Shown here one piece after another: positions 1-12,478 of a stretch of DNA of 64,000 nt. A program made the translations under genes and the position numbers. How positions within the stretch are numbered: position 1 is the stretch's first letter; each line of letters opens with the position of its first letter. Below the pieces are notes generated by a model that worked only from the letters and a program-made list of their open reading frames with translations, did not search any database and was not told the origin of the DNA. This stretch comes from Podarcis pityusensis (Eukaryota): assembly GCA_964106645.2 (NCBI GenBank), contig OZ067039.1. One strand, given 5' to 3'.

Positions 1-74
1 CAACAGTTGGCTTCCTCCAGAAAGAGCTTCTTGGTGTGTACATCTCTACAGCTGATATTTGTTTCATATCCTGT

Positions 75-75
<1 letters not shown>

Positions 76-113
<38 letters not shown>

Positions 114-124
114 CACACACACAC
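76..124. repeat. (CT)n followed by (AC)n microsatellite
   Basis: Dinucleotide runs read directly. Confidence 0.95.
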
Positions 125-871
125 TGTGGAGAAGAAGGGTGTTATGAATTGAAAACTGCACTCAAACTTATGCACGCTGCATACCCTGCTATACTAAAAA
201 TAAACCTCTTAACTCTTGCCAAAATCTTTGGCTTTACAAAGTGCTCAGAAATTGCCTTGTGTGGGTGCAGCTCTTTCTTCTGGTTTTGCAGTGGATGCAA
301 ACACGTGCGCTTGGAGAAACAGGTCTATTTACATTTACAAGCAAAGTCAATTAGTCCTGTAAAGAGCATTCCAATCTACAATTGCAAACGTGTAAAAAAA
401 TAGGGGAAAACACTGGGTGATCAACCAACCGATGAAGCAGAAATAGAACTCTATACATCAAGTGTAATCTGCAGCAGCTCCAAACAAAAGATTGCTGGTG
501 AGAGACAATTTGCATGCTGCTCAGAGAAAATATACAGCTAAGCACACAGAGGTGAGATCCACTGGGGGAAATGTTCTTTAGCTTGAAACTGCTCCGTTTA
601 ATTATATTGTAATTGAAAGCAGTAAAACAAGAGCAAGTACCATAATACATATTATTAGTTGGGTAGGCAACGAGTAGCGTAGTCCTATGGCTAACGAGAG
701 TGGAGTAGTTACCTCTCCTTTCCTCCTGGCTCTGGCAGCCTGATGCCACATTTAAGCTTTCTGCAGCATGTAGGAATATGCTGCGCAGTCCCTCTGCTTC
801 TCCTATAACACCACAGTGATTGACAGCCAAATATAACTCTGCCCAAATGCAACAGTTGCCATTAGGCTATA

Positions 872-1992
872 CAGTGAGTGGTACCTTGGTTTACGAACAG
901 TCCTGTTTACGAACTATACTCTACAAAACCGGAAGTAGTATTCTGGTTTGCAAACTTTACCTCAGTCTAAGAATGGCTTATTTAACTTATATGCAGAATT
1001 CATCATGCGAAAGGCTGGGCTGGATGAATCCCAAGCCGGAATTAAGATTGCCGGAAGAAATATCAACAACCTCAGATATGCAGATGACACAACCTTGATG
1101 GCAGAAAGTGAGGAGGAATTAAAGAACCTTTTAATGAGGGTGAGAAAGGAGAGTGCAAAATATGGTCTGAAGCTCAACATCAAAAAAACGAAGATCATGG
1201 CCACTGGTCCCAACACCTCCTGGCAAATAGAAGGGGAAGAAATGGAGGCAGTGAGAGATTTTACTTTATTGGGCTCTATGATCACTGCAGATGGTGACAG
1301 CAGTCACGAAATTAAAAGACGCCTGCTCCTTGGGAGAAAGGCGATGGAAAACCTAGACAGCATCTTAAAAAGCAGAGACATCACCTTGCCAACAAAGGTC
1401 CGTATAGTTAAAGCTATGGTTTTCCCAGTAGTGATGTATGGAAGTGAGAGCTGGACCATAAAGAAGGCTGATCGCCGAAGAATTGATGCTTTTGAATTCT
1501 GGTGCTGGAGGAGACTCTTGAGAGTCCCATGGACTGCAAGAAGATCAAACGCATCCATTCTTAAGGAAATCAGCCCTGAGTGCTCACTGGAAGGACAGAT
1601 CGTGAAGCTGAGGCTCCAATACTTTGGCCACCTCATGAGAAGAGAAGACTCCCTGGAAAAGACCCTGATGTTGGGAAAGATGGTGGGCAAAAGAAGAAGG
1701 GGACGACAGAAGATGAGATGGTTGGACAGTGTTCTCGAAGCTACAAACATGAGTCTGACCAAACTGCGGGAGACAGTGGAAGACAGTGGAAGAGCCTGGC
1801 GTGCTCTGGTCCATGGGGTCACGAAGAGTCGGACACGACTAAACGACTAAACAACAAGAATGGAAGCCGAACGGTGGAAGGGCACCGGCGGCAGGAGGCC
1901 TCATTAGGGAAAGTGCGCCTCAGTTTAAGGACGGGTTTGGTTTAAGAATGGACTTCAGGAATGGATTAAGTTCATAAACCGAGGTACCGCTG
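872..1992. mobile_element. Tc1/mariner (Tigger-like) non-autonomous MITE split by a BovB insertion (arms 872-976 and 1856-1992)
   Basis: TIR-like ends CAGTG(AGTG)GTACCTTGGTTTA ... TAAACCGAGGTACCGCTG with TA on both sides; related to the intact copy at 39716-39951. Confidence 0.8.
977..1855 (+). mobile_element. BovB (RTE-clade) LINE, 5'-truncated; RT C-terminal frame still open
   Basis: ORF 948-1850 has NNLRYADDTTL, GLKLNIKKTKIM, MYGSESWTIKKA, RRRGRQ..RWLD; short CAA-type tail; 8-bp TSD AAGAATGG at 969-976 and 1856-1863. Confidence 0.95.
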
Positions 1993-2004
1993 TACCTAGA
2001 ATGG

Positions 2005-2387
2005 TTAAAGGTAGCGCTGTGGTCTAAACCACTGAGCCTTTTGGGCTTGCCATTCAGAAGGCTGGCGGTTCAAATCCGCGTGACGAGGTGAGCTCCCGTT
2101 GCTCTGTCCCAGCTCCTGCCAACCTAGCAGTTCAAAAACGTGCCAGTGCAAGTAGATAAATAGGTACTGCTGTGGCGGGAAGGTAAACGACGTTTGCGTA
2201 CACTCTGGTTTCTGTCACGGTGTTCTGTTGTGCCATAAGCGGTTTAGTCATGCTGGCCACATGATCCCGAAATCTGTCTGTGGACAAATGCTGGCTCCGT
2301 CAGCCGGTGTTTATCCACAGACCCCATAGTTGCCTTTGACTGGATGGACTTAGCCGTCCAAGGGTCCTTTACCTTTACCTTTTACCT
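2005..2387 (+). mobile_element. Sauria SINE
   Basis: tRNA-like head with B-box-like GGTTCAAATCC, core TGCAAGTAGATAAATAGGTAC, (ACCTTT)n tail; flanking duplication TACCTAGAATGG at 1993-2004 and 2388-2399. Confidence 0.9.
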
Positions 2388-5287
2388 TACCTAGAATGGC
2401 TTACCTTTCCCTCTCAGAGACAAGACCTATGCTGTGCAATGACCACTGATCTGCATGTAATGTCAGCTAGAGAACAGACAGGAATTTCCCAGGAACAGGA
2501 TAAGAACTCAGCTGTAACAACACAGACCACACTTTAGTCTATCTATGTGATAAGGTTGTAGAAACTGAAACTGCAGTCCTCAAACCCCATCTAGAGTAGT
2601 TCCACTAAATTTAGTGTGTGGCAAATAGAGTTATCACTCAATTTCACTTGAAGAATATTGTGAGTTAAATTTGGGGGTTCCCATTCAGGGAAAACAGAAG
2701 AATTTCAAGGGAAGCTTTCATTTTTATGATGGCCCTATTATTATTATTATTATTATTCTGTAGATCTCAGAGTTGTTCACTTGGCATGTCCCTATAAGGG
2801 TTACATCCCCCCTAACGTATATATAAAATTACTTATATATAATTAATCATCCAAATTAAATTCCCAGGAAATTTCAAAAGGTCCTGACACCATTAGATGT
2901 CACAAATAAATCCCATGCGAGTCAATAAGCCTCCAGGTCCTTCCAGATGGGAACTATTTTTGGAGTCAATGCTGTTCATGCACACAAGTTTTTCACAGGA
3001 CGTTATCATAATCAAAATGCCAGCCCATCGTTTTTAAACATATAATGTTGTATGCAAAGATGCCGTCCTGTTAATGCAGGATCTTCCACCTGTGTAGCAG
3101 GACATTTTCTCCCTCTCCTTTCCCTAAGTATACCCCATCCAAAATCTGCCCTGGCAGTTTCCCCCAAACCTGCAGAGCATATCTGAGGGGAGCACACAGG
3201 AGGCATTCTGGAAGACAAGAGGGACAGGAAGACCTGTGGCACAGATGGAAGTCCATTTCCTAATGGTATGGATTTGTTGGCTACAATCCTTAATCTGGAT
3301 TCAACCTTACTGCAGATAATCGGAAAAACATAGCCCAATTGATTTTTACAGTCACCTGTGGTGTCAAAGTTTGTTAGCTTAGTTTCGGGGGTGGGCAGTT
3401 ATTTGTGTGGTGACATTTTGATGGGGGGGGGGGCCTCTGTTGTCATGCTTCTACTTCCATATGTTTCTCAAGTGTGCACAATCTGGCCATTTTGTCTCCA
3501 GCGGGTCCCAACACCAAACAAAAGACCTTCTAATTCCTTATATAAAAATAAATAAATCCTTCTAACTGCCACATGCTGAATGCGCAGACAGTTGGGAGCG
3601 GTTGTTCTCTCAAATGTCCCCACAGTAACCGCAGCGGATTACCTCAGAGACTGCAACTGCAATATGTGCACTGGGCTATGAAAGAAATGTGGTGTGGAGG
3701 CCTTGTACAAGACTCCTTTACCTCTCTTTCACAAGTCTTATGCGAGTCAAGTAAATATTTCACTATTAAAAAGAAGATTAAAAGAGCAACAACAAATTCA
3801 CGTGGCTATCCCCCCTGCCCCCCCCGCGAAATAGTAGCAAGCCTCCATTTTGTCCATTGTGAAACATGCTAGCATTGCTTTTGTGTGCTTGTGCCTGGGA
3901 TTATGTTTTATAAAAGATGCGCATACTCAGATAAATGCATACTCAGTATGCATGCACAAAATAGGAAAAGGTAGTGGAATATGGGGGAGAAGTGACTGAG
4001 GGGAGAGATTTTTTTAAAAAGTCCACAGTGCAGATACATTCCACCGTCCTCCATCCACTGATGTGGACAGCGAGCAGTGGAAGAACAGAGGAAGCCACAT
4101 AGGCCACAGAAACACAGAAAAAACAGGGCCTTGTGACCTGTTTACAGCAAGACCCCCATCTGCAAGCAGACTTGCACAGCTTAGGTTGTTAGACTGTAGC
4201 TGTACACCTTTACTCAGAACGTCCTCTCCAGAGACAGCTCAGCCCAGTGGTTCCATTGACCAAAGCATTGCTAAGATCCCATAATGGCTTCCAGTGGTTT
4301 GAGACCCTCAGGCGCTGCCTGGCTTTCTTTTTAAAAAAAGAAAAGAAAAGAAAGCATGTCCTTTCCACCCTGCAGCCCTGCCTGTAATGTCTATGCACTG
4401 AGCGTAGCCTATGCATGTGCAGTGATAGGGTGACACGTCAGGAACCCTGTGTTGAGTCTCTGGTTGCCTGGAGAGCCCAAGCATGTATACAGTGCTATAC
4501 ATTCAGGCTCCCTTTAAAAGAGCACCGGGATGGTGGGTGTGGGGCCTGCAGGGGACATGGCAGCCACAGTTCTACTGCCTTTCAACATATTTAATGTACA
4601 AATAGAAGGAACCTTCTGATAAGGGCTTAAGATGAAGGGTGCAAATAGCCTACAATGCAGGGTGGAATGATACAGCCACCGCTGCATTAAGATCCCATTT
4701 TGCTCCTTGTCCTGAGATTCAGAACCCAGAAGAAGGAACTTCACTAAAAGGTGCTCATACACCAGGTCAAGCTGATGAACTGGATTTTTAGAGTCGCTGG
4801 CTAAAAAAGACTGGAAGGAAAGCCCTATAGTTTTGCAGATTTATAGCTGCTCACATCTCAGTCTGGGCCCTTTTGCTTAGCTGGATAGTAAAAGTAATGA
4901 TGACCATTAGTGCATAATCCATGCCAAGTACGTAGGTGTCAACTGATATTCAGCAGGAAACGAGATAGCGGCCCCTTTTGCCGGGGGGGGGGGGGAGGCA
5001 ATAAAATGAAGTGATTAACATTATTGATTTTTAATTTGGGTTGCTTATTTTCATATCCTAAGCGATTTCCAATAATGTCATGCATCATAGAGAAAAGGAA
5101 CTACAAGAAACATATTGTTTTGTGCTTGGAATACTGAGAGGAAGGCAATCTCATTATGTCTTTTAAGTATTTGTTTTAATGCTGGGTAATCACAACCAGC
5201 CAGTGTAATTGTCTCAAAGTTGCAGTAAAGAGTTGGAAAACACTAAAGCAGCCGATGACTAGCATTGAAAAGCATATGAAAATATGA

Positions 5288-5289
<2 letters not shown>

Positions 5290-5323
<34 letters not shown>
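5290..5323. repeat. (CA)n microsatellite
   Basis: Direct. Confidence 0.95.
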
Positions 5324-5327
<4 letters not shown>

Positions 5328-5399
5328 CCACACTCCCCCCCCCAAACCCTTTTTGTTTAGTTTTTGTTCTGTTGAGGGTGGAATAAACGTTTAGTTGGG

Positions 5400-6335
5400 A
5401 TTGGTGATTATTTTAATTTTAATACAACTGCAAATTGTGTTTCTTATTATTAGTTTCTACTGTTTTATTGGTCCATTGTATAGTCTGTATAACATATTCA
5501 GTTCTGGAGGGGAGAGGATCAGGGCTGCTTGGGAGTGGGCCCCAGCCAGCAGAATGGCTGGGGCAGGTTCCACAGTGTGGGGGGATGCACTGGGACACCC
5601 AATCTCGGTAGGAGGAGGAGTTATGTTAGGACCAGGCCATGCGATTACCGAAGAGGAAGGTTTAGTCGTTGTTTGAAGACTATCCCTGTCTCTGGGTCTA
5701 GTCTTGACTGGAACGATACTGAAATCAACAAGGGAGACCCACATGACCTTAAGGTGCTGCTGTTCTCCATTTGGTACACAGGCTGAGACCCTACTTGTCC
5801 ACAGACTGTCTCGCCAGAGTGGTGCATGCTCTAGTTATCTCCTGCTTGGACTACTGCAATGCGGTATATGTGGGGCTACCTTTGAAGGTGACCTAGAAAC
5901 TACAACTAATCCAGAATGCGGCAGCTAGACTGGTGACTGGGAGTGGCCATCAAGACCATATAACACTGGTCCTGAAAGACCTACATTGGCTCCCAGTACG
6001 TTTCTGAGCACAATTCAAAGTGTTGGTGCTGACCTGTAAAGCCCTAAATGGTCTCGGCCCAGTATACCTGAAGGAGCGACTCCATCCCCATCATTCAGCC
6101 TGGACAGTGAGGTCCAGCGTCGAGGGCCTTCTAGCAGTTCCCTCCCTGCGAGAAGTGAGGTTACAGGGAACCAGGCAGAGGGCCTTCTTGGTAGTGGTGC
6201 CTGCCCTGTGGAATGCCCTCCCATCTGATGTCAAGGAAATAAACAACTATCTGACTTTTAGAAGACATCTAAAAGTATCAGGAAAATTTTAATGTCTATT
6301 GTTTTACAGTTTTGTATGTGCTATAAGCTGCCCAG
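5400..6335 (+). mobile_element. L2-clade LINE remnant; probable 5' leader region joined to the ORF2 C-terminus/3' end
   Basis: From ~5770 it encodes L2 C-terminal motifs (VISCLDYCNA, QNAAARLV, LHWLPV, KALNGLGPVYLKERL, LWNALP). 5529-5765 ends in DLKVLLF, resembling the start of an L2 endonuclease; the 5' boundary is approximate. Confidence 0.7.
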
Positions 6336-6409
6336 CTGCTGCTGCTGCTGTTGCTGCTTCTTCTTCTTCTTCTTCTTCTTCTTCTTCTTCTTCTTCTTCT
6401 TCTTCTTCT
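6334..6409. repeat. (GCT)n-(TTC)n compound microsatellite
   Basis: Direct. Confidence 0.95.
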
Positions 6410-8270
6410 CCACTCTGTGTTCATCTCAGGCAGTCGTTTTGGAAATCTGGACAACACCCTTAAAAAAAAAAGAACTATTTGAGGCTAACAGGTTTCATAA
6501 TGGCAATGAACCAGTGGAATTTTTATCTCAGTAGATGGTAAATGCTGCTTTAATAGGACTATAGAGAGACAAACTATTTTGTTGATCAGGAATAAGCAGT
6601 AGGAACTGCAGCCAATATGACTGGGGAACTGGCGCCTAATGTTTCCCCGATGTGATTGACTCCTCGAGACTAAATACTGACAACAGCAGACACAATATTC
6701 CTTACCCTGCCTTGGCTCCCAATGCACAGAACAGCAAGGCAGCCAAGGGGTGGATTTGCAAAGGATAAGTAGGAGGTGTGAACTAAGATGCTTAGCTTCC
6801 CACCCCACCCCAGGGAATAAGAAAAGAAGCAGAACAGCTAGGGAGAAAGTGATGAAATAATTTTCTAATGTTTCCAGCTCCAGCTCTTCACCTCTGCTGA
6901 GACATCAGCAGGCCATAATCTCATAGTGTTTCCTTCCTTATATAAGTAGGCTACCTCTCAAGATTCTAGGACCATATGAATGACAATAGTGCCTTGTCTT
7001 GAGATCATTGTGGCTCAGTCAATGGTACTGATGTTTGCTTTCATCTAATGAAAAGGGGAGCTTTACCCCTATACAACTCAATTAATCCCATTTACAAATA
7101 CAGCAAAAGGAACTCCAGGGGACTTTCCACGTCTTTGGCATATGGGATCTGAGAGAAAAAGGGAGAGAGAGAAAGAAAGAGGCAGGTAGAAGAGAAATTC
7201 TGATGCAGCTAAGTAATCCCAAATGTGCAATGTAATGTCTTTCCGAATGAGCAAGAAAAAAGCCCAGCAGAAATTAAAGTAATTCATTGCATTAGTGCAG
7301 TCCAGTGATGCCAGCTGCACTTTAAACGCCAGTAGTGATTTGTAAGAAAGACCCGTTTGAATTCATAGGGGATTATTTGTGCCCTTTTAAGTTGTGTGAG
7401 TCTACATATTTGAAGCAGTTGACTACTTCTCTGAAAGGAATTCTTTGCTGCCACATGGCAGCAACAGGCACAATCTGCTTTCCATTCCATGGAGGCATAA
7501 AGGCAGTTCAAACTACATTTGTTTCTGGGTTGTTTTTGGTCTTTGAAACTGGACTTTGAAACTGGTTTACCTAGTTCAGCCATTTGGGAACATTCAACTC
7601 CCTCTGTCTCTTCACAATGAAAACAAAACAAAACACAAAAAGCCACATCTTTATGCAGCCCACAAAGCCTTGGTCCCATTTGTCTTGGAAGTACACAGGA
7701 AAACAGGGTGGTTTTCAGATATCCATTCCCTTTGTACCTTGTGACGCATGTATTTTGAAATAGGCTCCTGAACTATTAAATATCCAAACCCTGCTTAGAA
7801 CACCGTGGGCCAGATTCACCCAAAGCTAGCAGAAGGCAGTGCAAAGGGCTCCTACTAGTGCAGTGGGGCTTCCTCCTCATCTTTCTCCCCCATGTGCCCA
7901 CATGGCTCTCCTCCAATCTGCTTTGGAGGATCAGGCAAACAGCATGCAGCGGGGCGGGGAGGAGAGTGGGGGGTTGCCCACTCAGGCAAGCAGAAACATT
8001 TGCACTCACAAAATGATCAGAACAGGGCAGCATTGAGTTCCTCCCACTGAAATTCAGGCTCTTTGGACACAGCTATGCTTATGTGTCACCTGCCACAGAA
8101 TACAAGAGGGAAACAATAAAAAGAAACATGAGTGGCGCTGTGGTCTAAACCACTGAGCTTCTTGGACTTGCCGTTCAGAAGGTTGGCGGTTTGAATCCCC
8201 AAGATGGGGTGAGCTGCCTTTGCTCTGTCCCAGCTCCTGCCAACCTAGCAGTTCAAAAGCATGCCAGTGC

Positions 8271-8949
8271 GGCAGATGAAACTGATGGACTATATGGAAC
8301 TGGCGGAAATGACTGGTAGAATCCGTGACCAGGGAGAAGAGGCGATGGAGGAAGAGTGGAAGAAATTCAAAGACTATCTACAGAAATATTGCAAAATTAA
8401 AGAATGTTAGAGTGATGTTGGATTGAAAATAAGTGGTTTCCAGCTGTACAGGATAAAATTATAGACAGACTAAGATTAAAGATTAGGATTAAAGAAGTTT
8501 AAGGAAATGGAAATTTGGTACTTAAGAGGTAAAATTTTAATGCTATATTACATCAAGATTAAAGATTAGGAGTAAAGAAGTTAAAGGAAAGGGAAATTTG
8601 GTACTTAAGAGGTAAAATTTTAATGCTATATTACACTAAGATTAAAGACTGGGATTAAAAAAGTGGAAAAGAAATTGCTGGATAAACAATTTGGACTGGA
8701 ATACAAAAGAGGGAGGTATGAGGAAGTCCAGAAAATAAGTAAATTCAAAAAAGGAAATGAAAAGGTGATATTGTTTTTAATTGTTCTGTTTCTTTTTTGT
8801 TGTTGTTTTTTGTTTTTTGGGTTTTTTCTCTTTTTCTGGGATTTGTATTGTGTATTTGTGTATTTCTTTTTTATGTCTTTTCTGTTTAATTTTTTATTGA
8901 AACCTTAATAAAAATTATTTAAAAAAAAAACAAAAACAAAAACAAAAAC
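8271..8949 (+). mobile_element. L1-clade LINE 3' fragment (ORF2 C-terminus, 3'UTR, A-rich tail)
   Basis: QMKLMDYMELAEMTGRIRDQGEEAMEEEWKKFKDYLQKYCKIKEC* ends at 8410; AATAAA plus A/(CAAAAA)n tail; 16-bp TSD AAAAGCATGCCAGTGC at 8255-8270 and 8950-8965. Confidence 0.85.
8472..8660 (+). repeat. 83-bp tandem repeat (about 2.3 units) in the L1 3'UTR
   Basis: AAGATTAAAGA recurs at 8472, 8555 and 8638 with near-identical intervening sequence. Confidence 0.9.
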
Positions 8950-10190
8950 AAAAGCATGCCAGTGCAAGTAGATAAATAGCTACCGCTGCGGCGGGAAGGT
9001 GAACAGCATTTCCGTGCACTCTAGCTTCCATCACGGTGTCCCGTTGTGCCAGAAGCGGCTTAGTCATGCTGGCCACATGACCCGGAAAGCTGTCTGTGGG
9101 CAAACGCCAGCTTCCTCGGCCTGAAAACGAGATGAGCGCCGCAACCCATAATCGCCTTTGACTGGAGTTAACTGTCCAGGGGTCCTTTACCTTTACCTTT
9201 ATGTGCCACCTGCCACAGAATACAAGAGGGAAACAATAAAAAGAAACTCTATATCCTGCTGGGCTTGACTGGGATTACAGTGGGGAAGAAATGGTACACA
9301 ATTAGGTTTTTGAACACGCATCAGTTATTCTTCATAAAAAAAAAAAAGGCAGGAGCTGCGGATATTCTCTTAATGTGCCTGTACTTAGAAATTGGGTTTT
9401 TATGCTCTATAGCATAACAGCTATTATATCATAAACCACTCCGGTATTAGCTAGTGAGAACCCCTTGCATATTAGCTGCCAGCAAGGGTAAAAGCATCGT
9501 ACTGTAGTCTGTGTTATTAGTCCCAGATATTGATGAATAGCATACACTTAAAGTAAAGCCCACTTTAGCAAACCTATTGCTTCTTTTATTGCTAGCGCCG
9601 AGCACAACTTGAAATTAGGTGACGGAAGCTGAAAGGCCTGGGCTGTGTGTATTTCTGCACAGAAATGTATACTTATTGTTCACTCTGCACTACGCTGAAA
9701 ATATGATTTCATAGTCATTTTATGTTTTGACTGTATACCAGGGGAAGTAATTGCATTTTTCTTTCTTTATTGGGAGGAGACCAATCAATACGAAAGTAAA
9801 ACATCCAGACAACAAATCCCCATAGCTGTGTGGTGACTGTTTGCTTCTGTGCTGCAACACTTGCTGAAACAAGCAGAAAACAGATGCAGTTCCAGCTAAA
9901 CCAAAGGCTGCCTTATAGCTGCAGTGTCAGAAGGTGAGTATAATTCAGACCCAAGTGACTGTTTTGCCCGTTGCAGGTAGAGGGCATGGCCAGGCTCTCT
10001 TCGTGTTTGGGTGGCCCTGAGCAAGAGAGTCATCTGGGGACCCTTAAAGGTATGAAAACAAGCCAGGCATAAAATTCCACTAAATTCTATATGCGAGGCT
10101 ACAAGGAAAGCATGAATAAACCATCATGATACATTCATTGTGGTCAATTTTTGTTACATGTGGCATGGAGAATATTACTTAATAATATAT

Positions 10191-10801
10191 TGTTATAGAT
10201 TTGGTGGGAGGATCCCCCTAAATCCTAGAAATTAATAAATGGTAGGATTTTGATTATTTGGGTTGGGGAGAAATATAAGCTGCAGAGGAATTCCTGTGCT
10301 AGCCTATGCAAAACGACTTGGCCATGCTGGGGCCATTAAGGAACAATACAGGTCCATTGAGAGCCATTGGCAATGCGAAAGAACTGCCCTCCCCTTTGCC
10401 CTGAGTTGTGAACAGAGGCAGGGGGGTTGGAAGGTAGCCAGTGTAACTAGGTGTGAAGCGACAGGAAAAGAGAGTCCTGAGCAAGGGTTGCTGGGAAGAA
10501 AAAGAAGGAAGAAAAGACTGGGATCCATCTTGGGCAGGCCGGCTGAAGGCTGGCTAGGAGAGATGCTTTGGACACCAGGGGTGCACTGCTGGGGGTGGGG
10601 TACAAGCCCCTCTTGAAAAGACCATGCTCTAAGGTCTGGGCTCCCTCCATGAAAACTAAAGGTGTAAATAGGTGAATAAACCATATTTCTTAAAGCTATG
10701 ACAGTCTCCACCGTGTCTCAGTTCTCCAAAGGAATGCAGATCCTGGGTGAATGTCTAGAACCCCGTGAGCTCTTGCCACTGCTCAGTATACTGTCATAAT
10801 A
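10191..10801 (+). mobile_element. Putative solo LTR (~610 bp)
   Basis: Termini TGTTAT...ATAATA (degenerate TG..CA inverted ends), TATAT on both flanks (10186-10190, 10802-10806), AATAAA at ~10675. Confidence 0.6.
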
Positions 10802-11357
10802 TATATCAACACTACATTGTAAATAAATGAATGCAAATCATTTGGGAGCTGCCTTGCTCTGTTTCTCCCCTTTCCAAATCCTTGTCCTCTTCTTCTGAGG
10901 GGATTGTTCCACGTTCCCTTTTTCCATTATCACCACTTAGCCAATCTGTTTCTCAGCCCACAACAGCTGCCTCTTATGCAGCCATGGTACGCACAGGAAC
11001 ACATTCCCTGACCCCACCACCGCCAGCCTAGCCAGGCTTACATCTGTGGGGAATTTGTATATACCAGTGACAGCCACCTCAGATGCCTTCTCAAAACTCT
11101 TAAAATGCTGTTCATCTAGTCCTGAAGACAGCTTTTCTTTTATTTTCTTTTGGAAATCTCTTTATTCTTCTGCCACGGTGAAATGTACGATCAGCTCTCC
11201 ATAACTTAAAAACAACAGCAACCCAATAACAGAAGCCTGTTTGTTGTCTTCATATCTCAGCACTAGCAAATGTAACCAAGGCAGCAAGTTGTGAAAAGAA
11301 CATGAAATGGGGTGGCGGGGGGAGGGGGGAGGGGGGCCACAACAATTCTGTGAATTA

Positions 11358-11612
11358 CTGTATTTTTCGCTCTATAAGACGCACCAGACCACAAGACGCA
11401 CCTAGTTTTTGGAGAAAAACAAGAAAAAAAAATTCTGAATCTCAGAAGCCAGAACAGCAAGAGGGATCGCTGCTCAGTGAAAGCAGCAATCCCTCTTGCT
11501 GTTCTGGCTTCTGTGATAGCTGTGCAGCCTGCATTCGCCCCATAAGATGCACACACATTTCCCCTTACTTTTTAGGAGGGAAAAAGTGAGTCTTATAGAG
11601 CAAAAAATACGG
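11358..11612. mobile_element. Tc2/pogo-like MITE (CCGTATTT-type TIR)
   Basis: TIRs CTGTATTTTTCGCTCTATAAGAC / GTCTTATAGAGCAAAAAATACGG, TA flanks. Confidence 0.85.
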
Positions 11613-12122
11613 TAATCCCCAGAGATAAGGCAGTTCTTAAAGTTATGTTTTGGCTCCATTTCCTGACTGTGGGTATCTTGAATGGCTCCCTGGTGATTAA
11701 CATGATAACATTTACACCTGAGGCTATGGCCTTCATAAACCAAACCTGAAAAATAGTCTTTTTCATTGGCATCTGCACTGGATTGCAGGCAGTCAAAGAA
11801 TTAACCTTTAAAATCCAACATGGCTTGGGAGGGGACAGTTTATCTGAATGATTGATGTGGAAATTCCAATTCTAGTGTTTTACAACTCGTATTTTGGAAA
11901 TACAATGTTTGTTGTATTTATTGTTTAAGTTTATTTTTTTAAAGCCTGTTTCATCAGAAATTAAAAGCCTGGGAATTTTTTAAAAAAAACCTAGGTGTCA
12001 AAAGATTATCAAAGTGGCCTCCAAGCTGATTGCTGGTCAGAATACATTATATAACAAAGTGTGGGCTGTGTGAACCCTTTGTGATATTCTCTGGTACAGA
12101 TCACACACGCACAACTGACATT

Positions 12123-12478
12123 AAAGGTAAAGGTACGTACGGGCCAGTCGTATCCGACTCTGGGGTTGCGTGCTCATCTCGCTTAAGAGGCCGGGGGCCA
12201 GCGCTGTCTGGAGACACTTCCGGGTCACGTGGCCAGCGTGACGAAGCTGCTCTGGTGAGCCAGCACCAGCGCAGCGCACGGAAACGCCGTTTACCTTCCC
12301 GCTATAAAGCGGTACCTATTTATCTACTTGCACTTAAGGGTGCTTTTGAACTGCTAGGTGGGCAGGAGCTGGGACCGAACGGCGGGAGCTCACCCCGCCG
12401 CGGGGATTCGAACCACCAACCATGTGATCAGCAAGTCCTAGGCGCTGAGGTTTTACCCACAGCGCCACCCGCGTCCTT
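12123..12478 (-). mobile_element. Sauria SINE (CpG-rich, relatively young)
   Basis: Reverse-strand head with GGTTCGAATCC B-box, ACCTTT tail; 12-bp TSD ACAACTGACATT at 12111-12122 and 12479-12490. Confidence 0.9.

Larger units (their letters stand above)
8128..9200 (+). mobile_element. Sauria SINE interrupted by an L1 fragment
   Basis: SINE head 8128-8270 resumes at 8950 and ends in (ACCTTT)n at 9200; 47-bp flanking duplication at 8081-8127 and 9201-9247. Confidence 0.9.

Noticed and set aside
962-1945. Antisense and alternative-frame ORFs over BovB copies (also 47021-47555 and 60102-60453)
   Set aside because: Shadow ORFs of the LINE sequence that recur in each copy; not host genes.
8472-8660. 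CRISPR-like repeat array
   Set aside because: Contiguous tandem units with no unique spacers, inside an L1 3'UTR in a vertebrate genome, and no cas genes.
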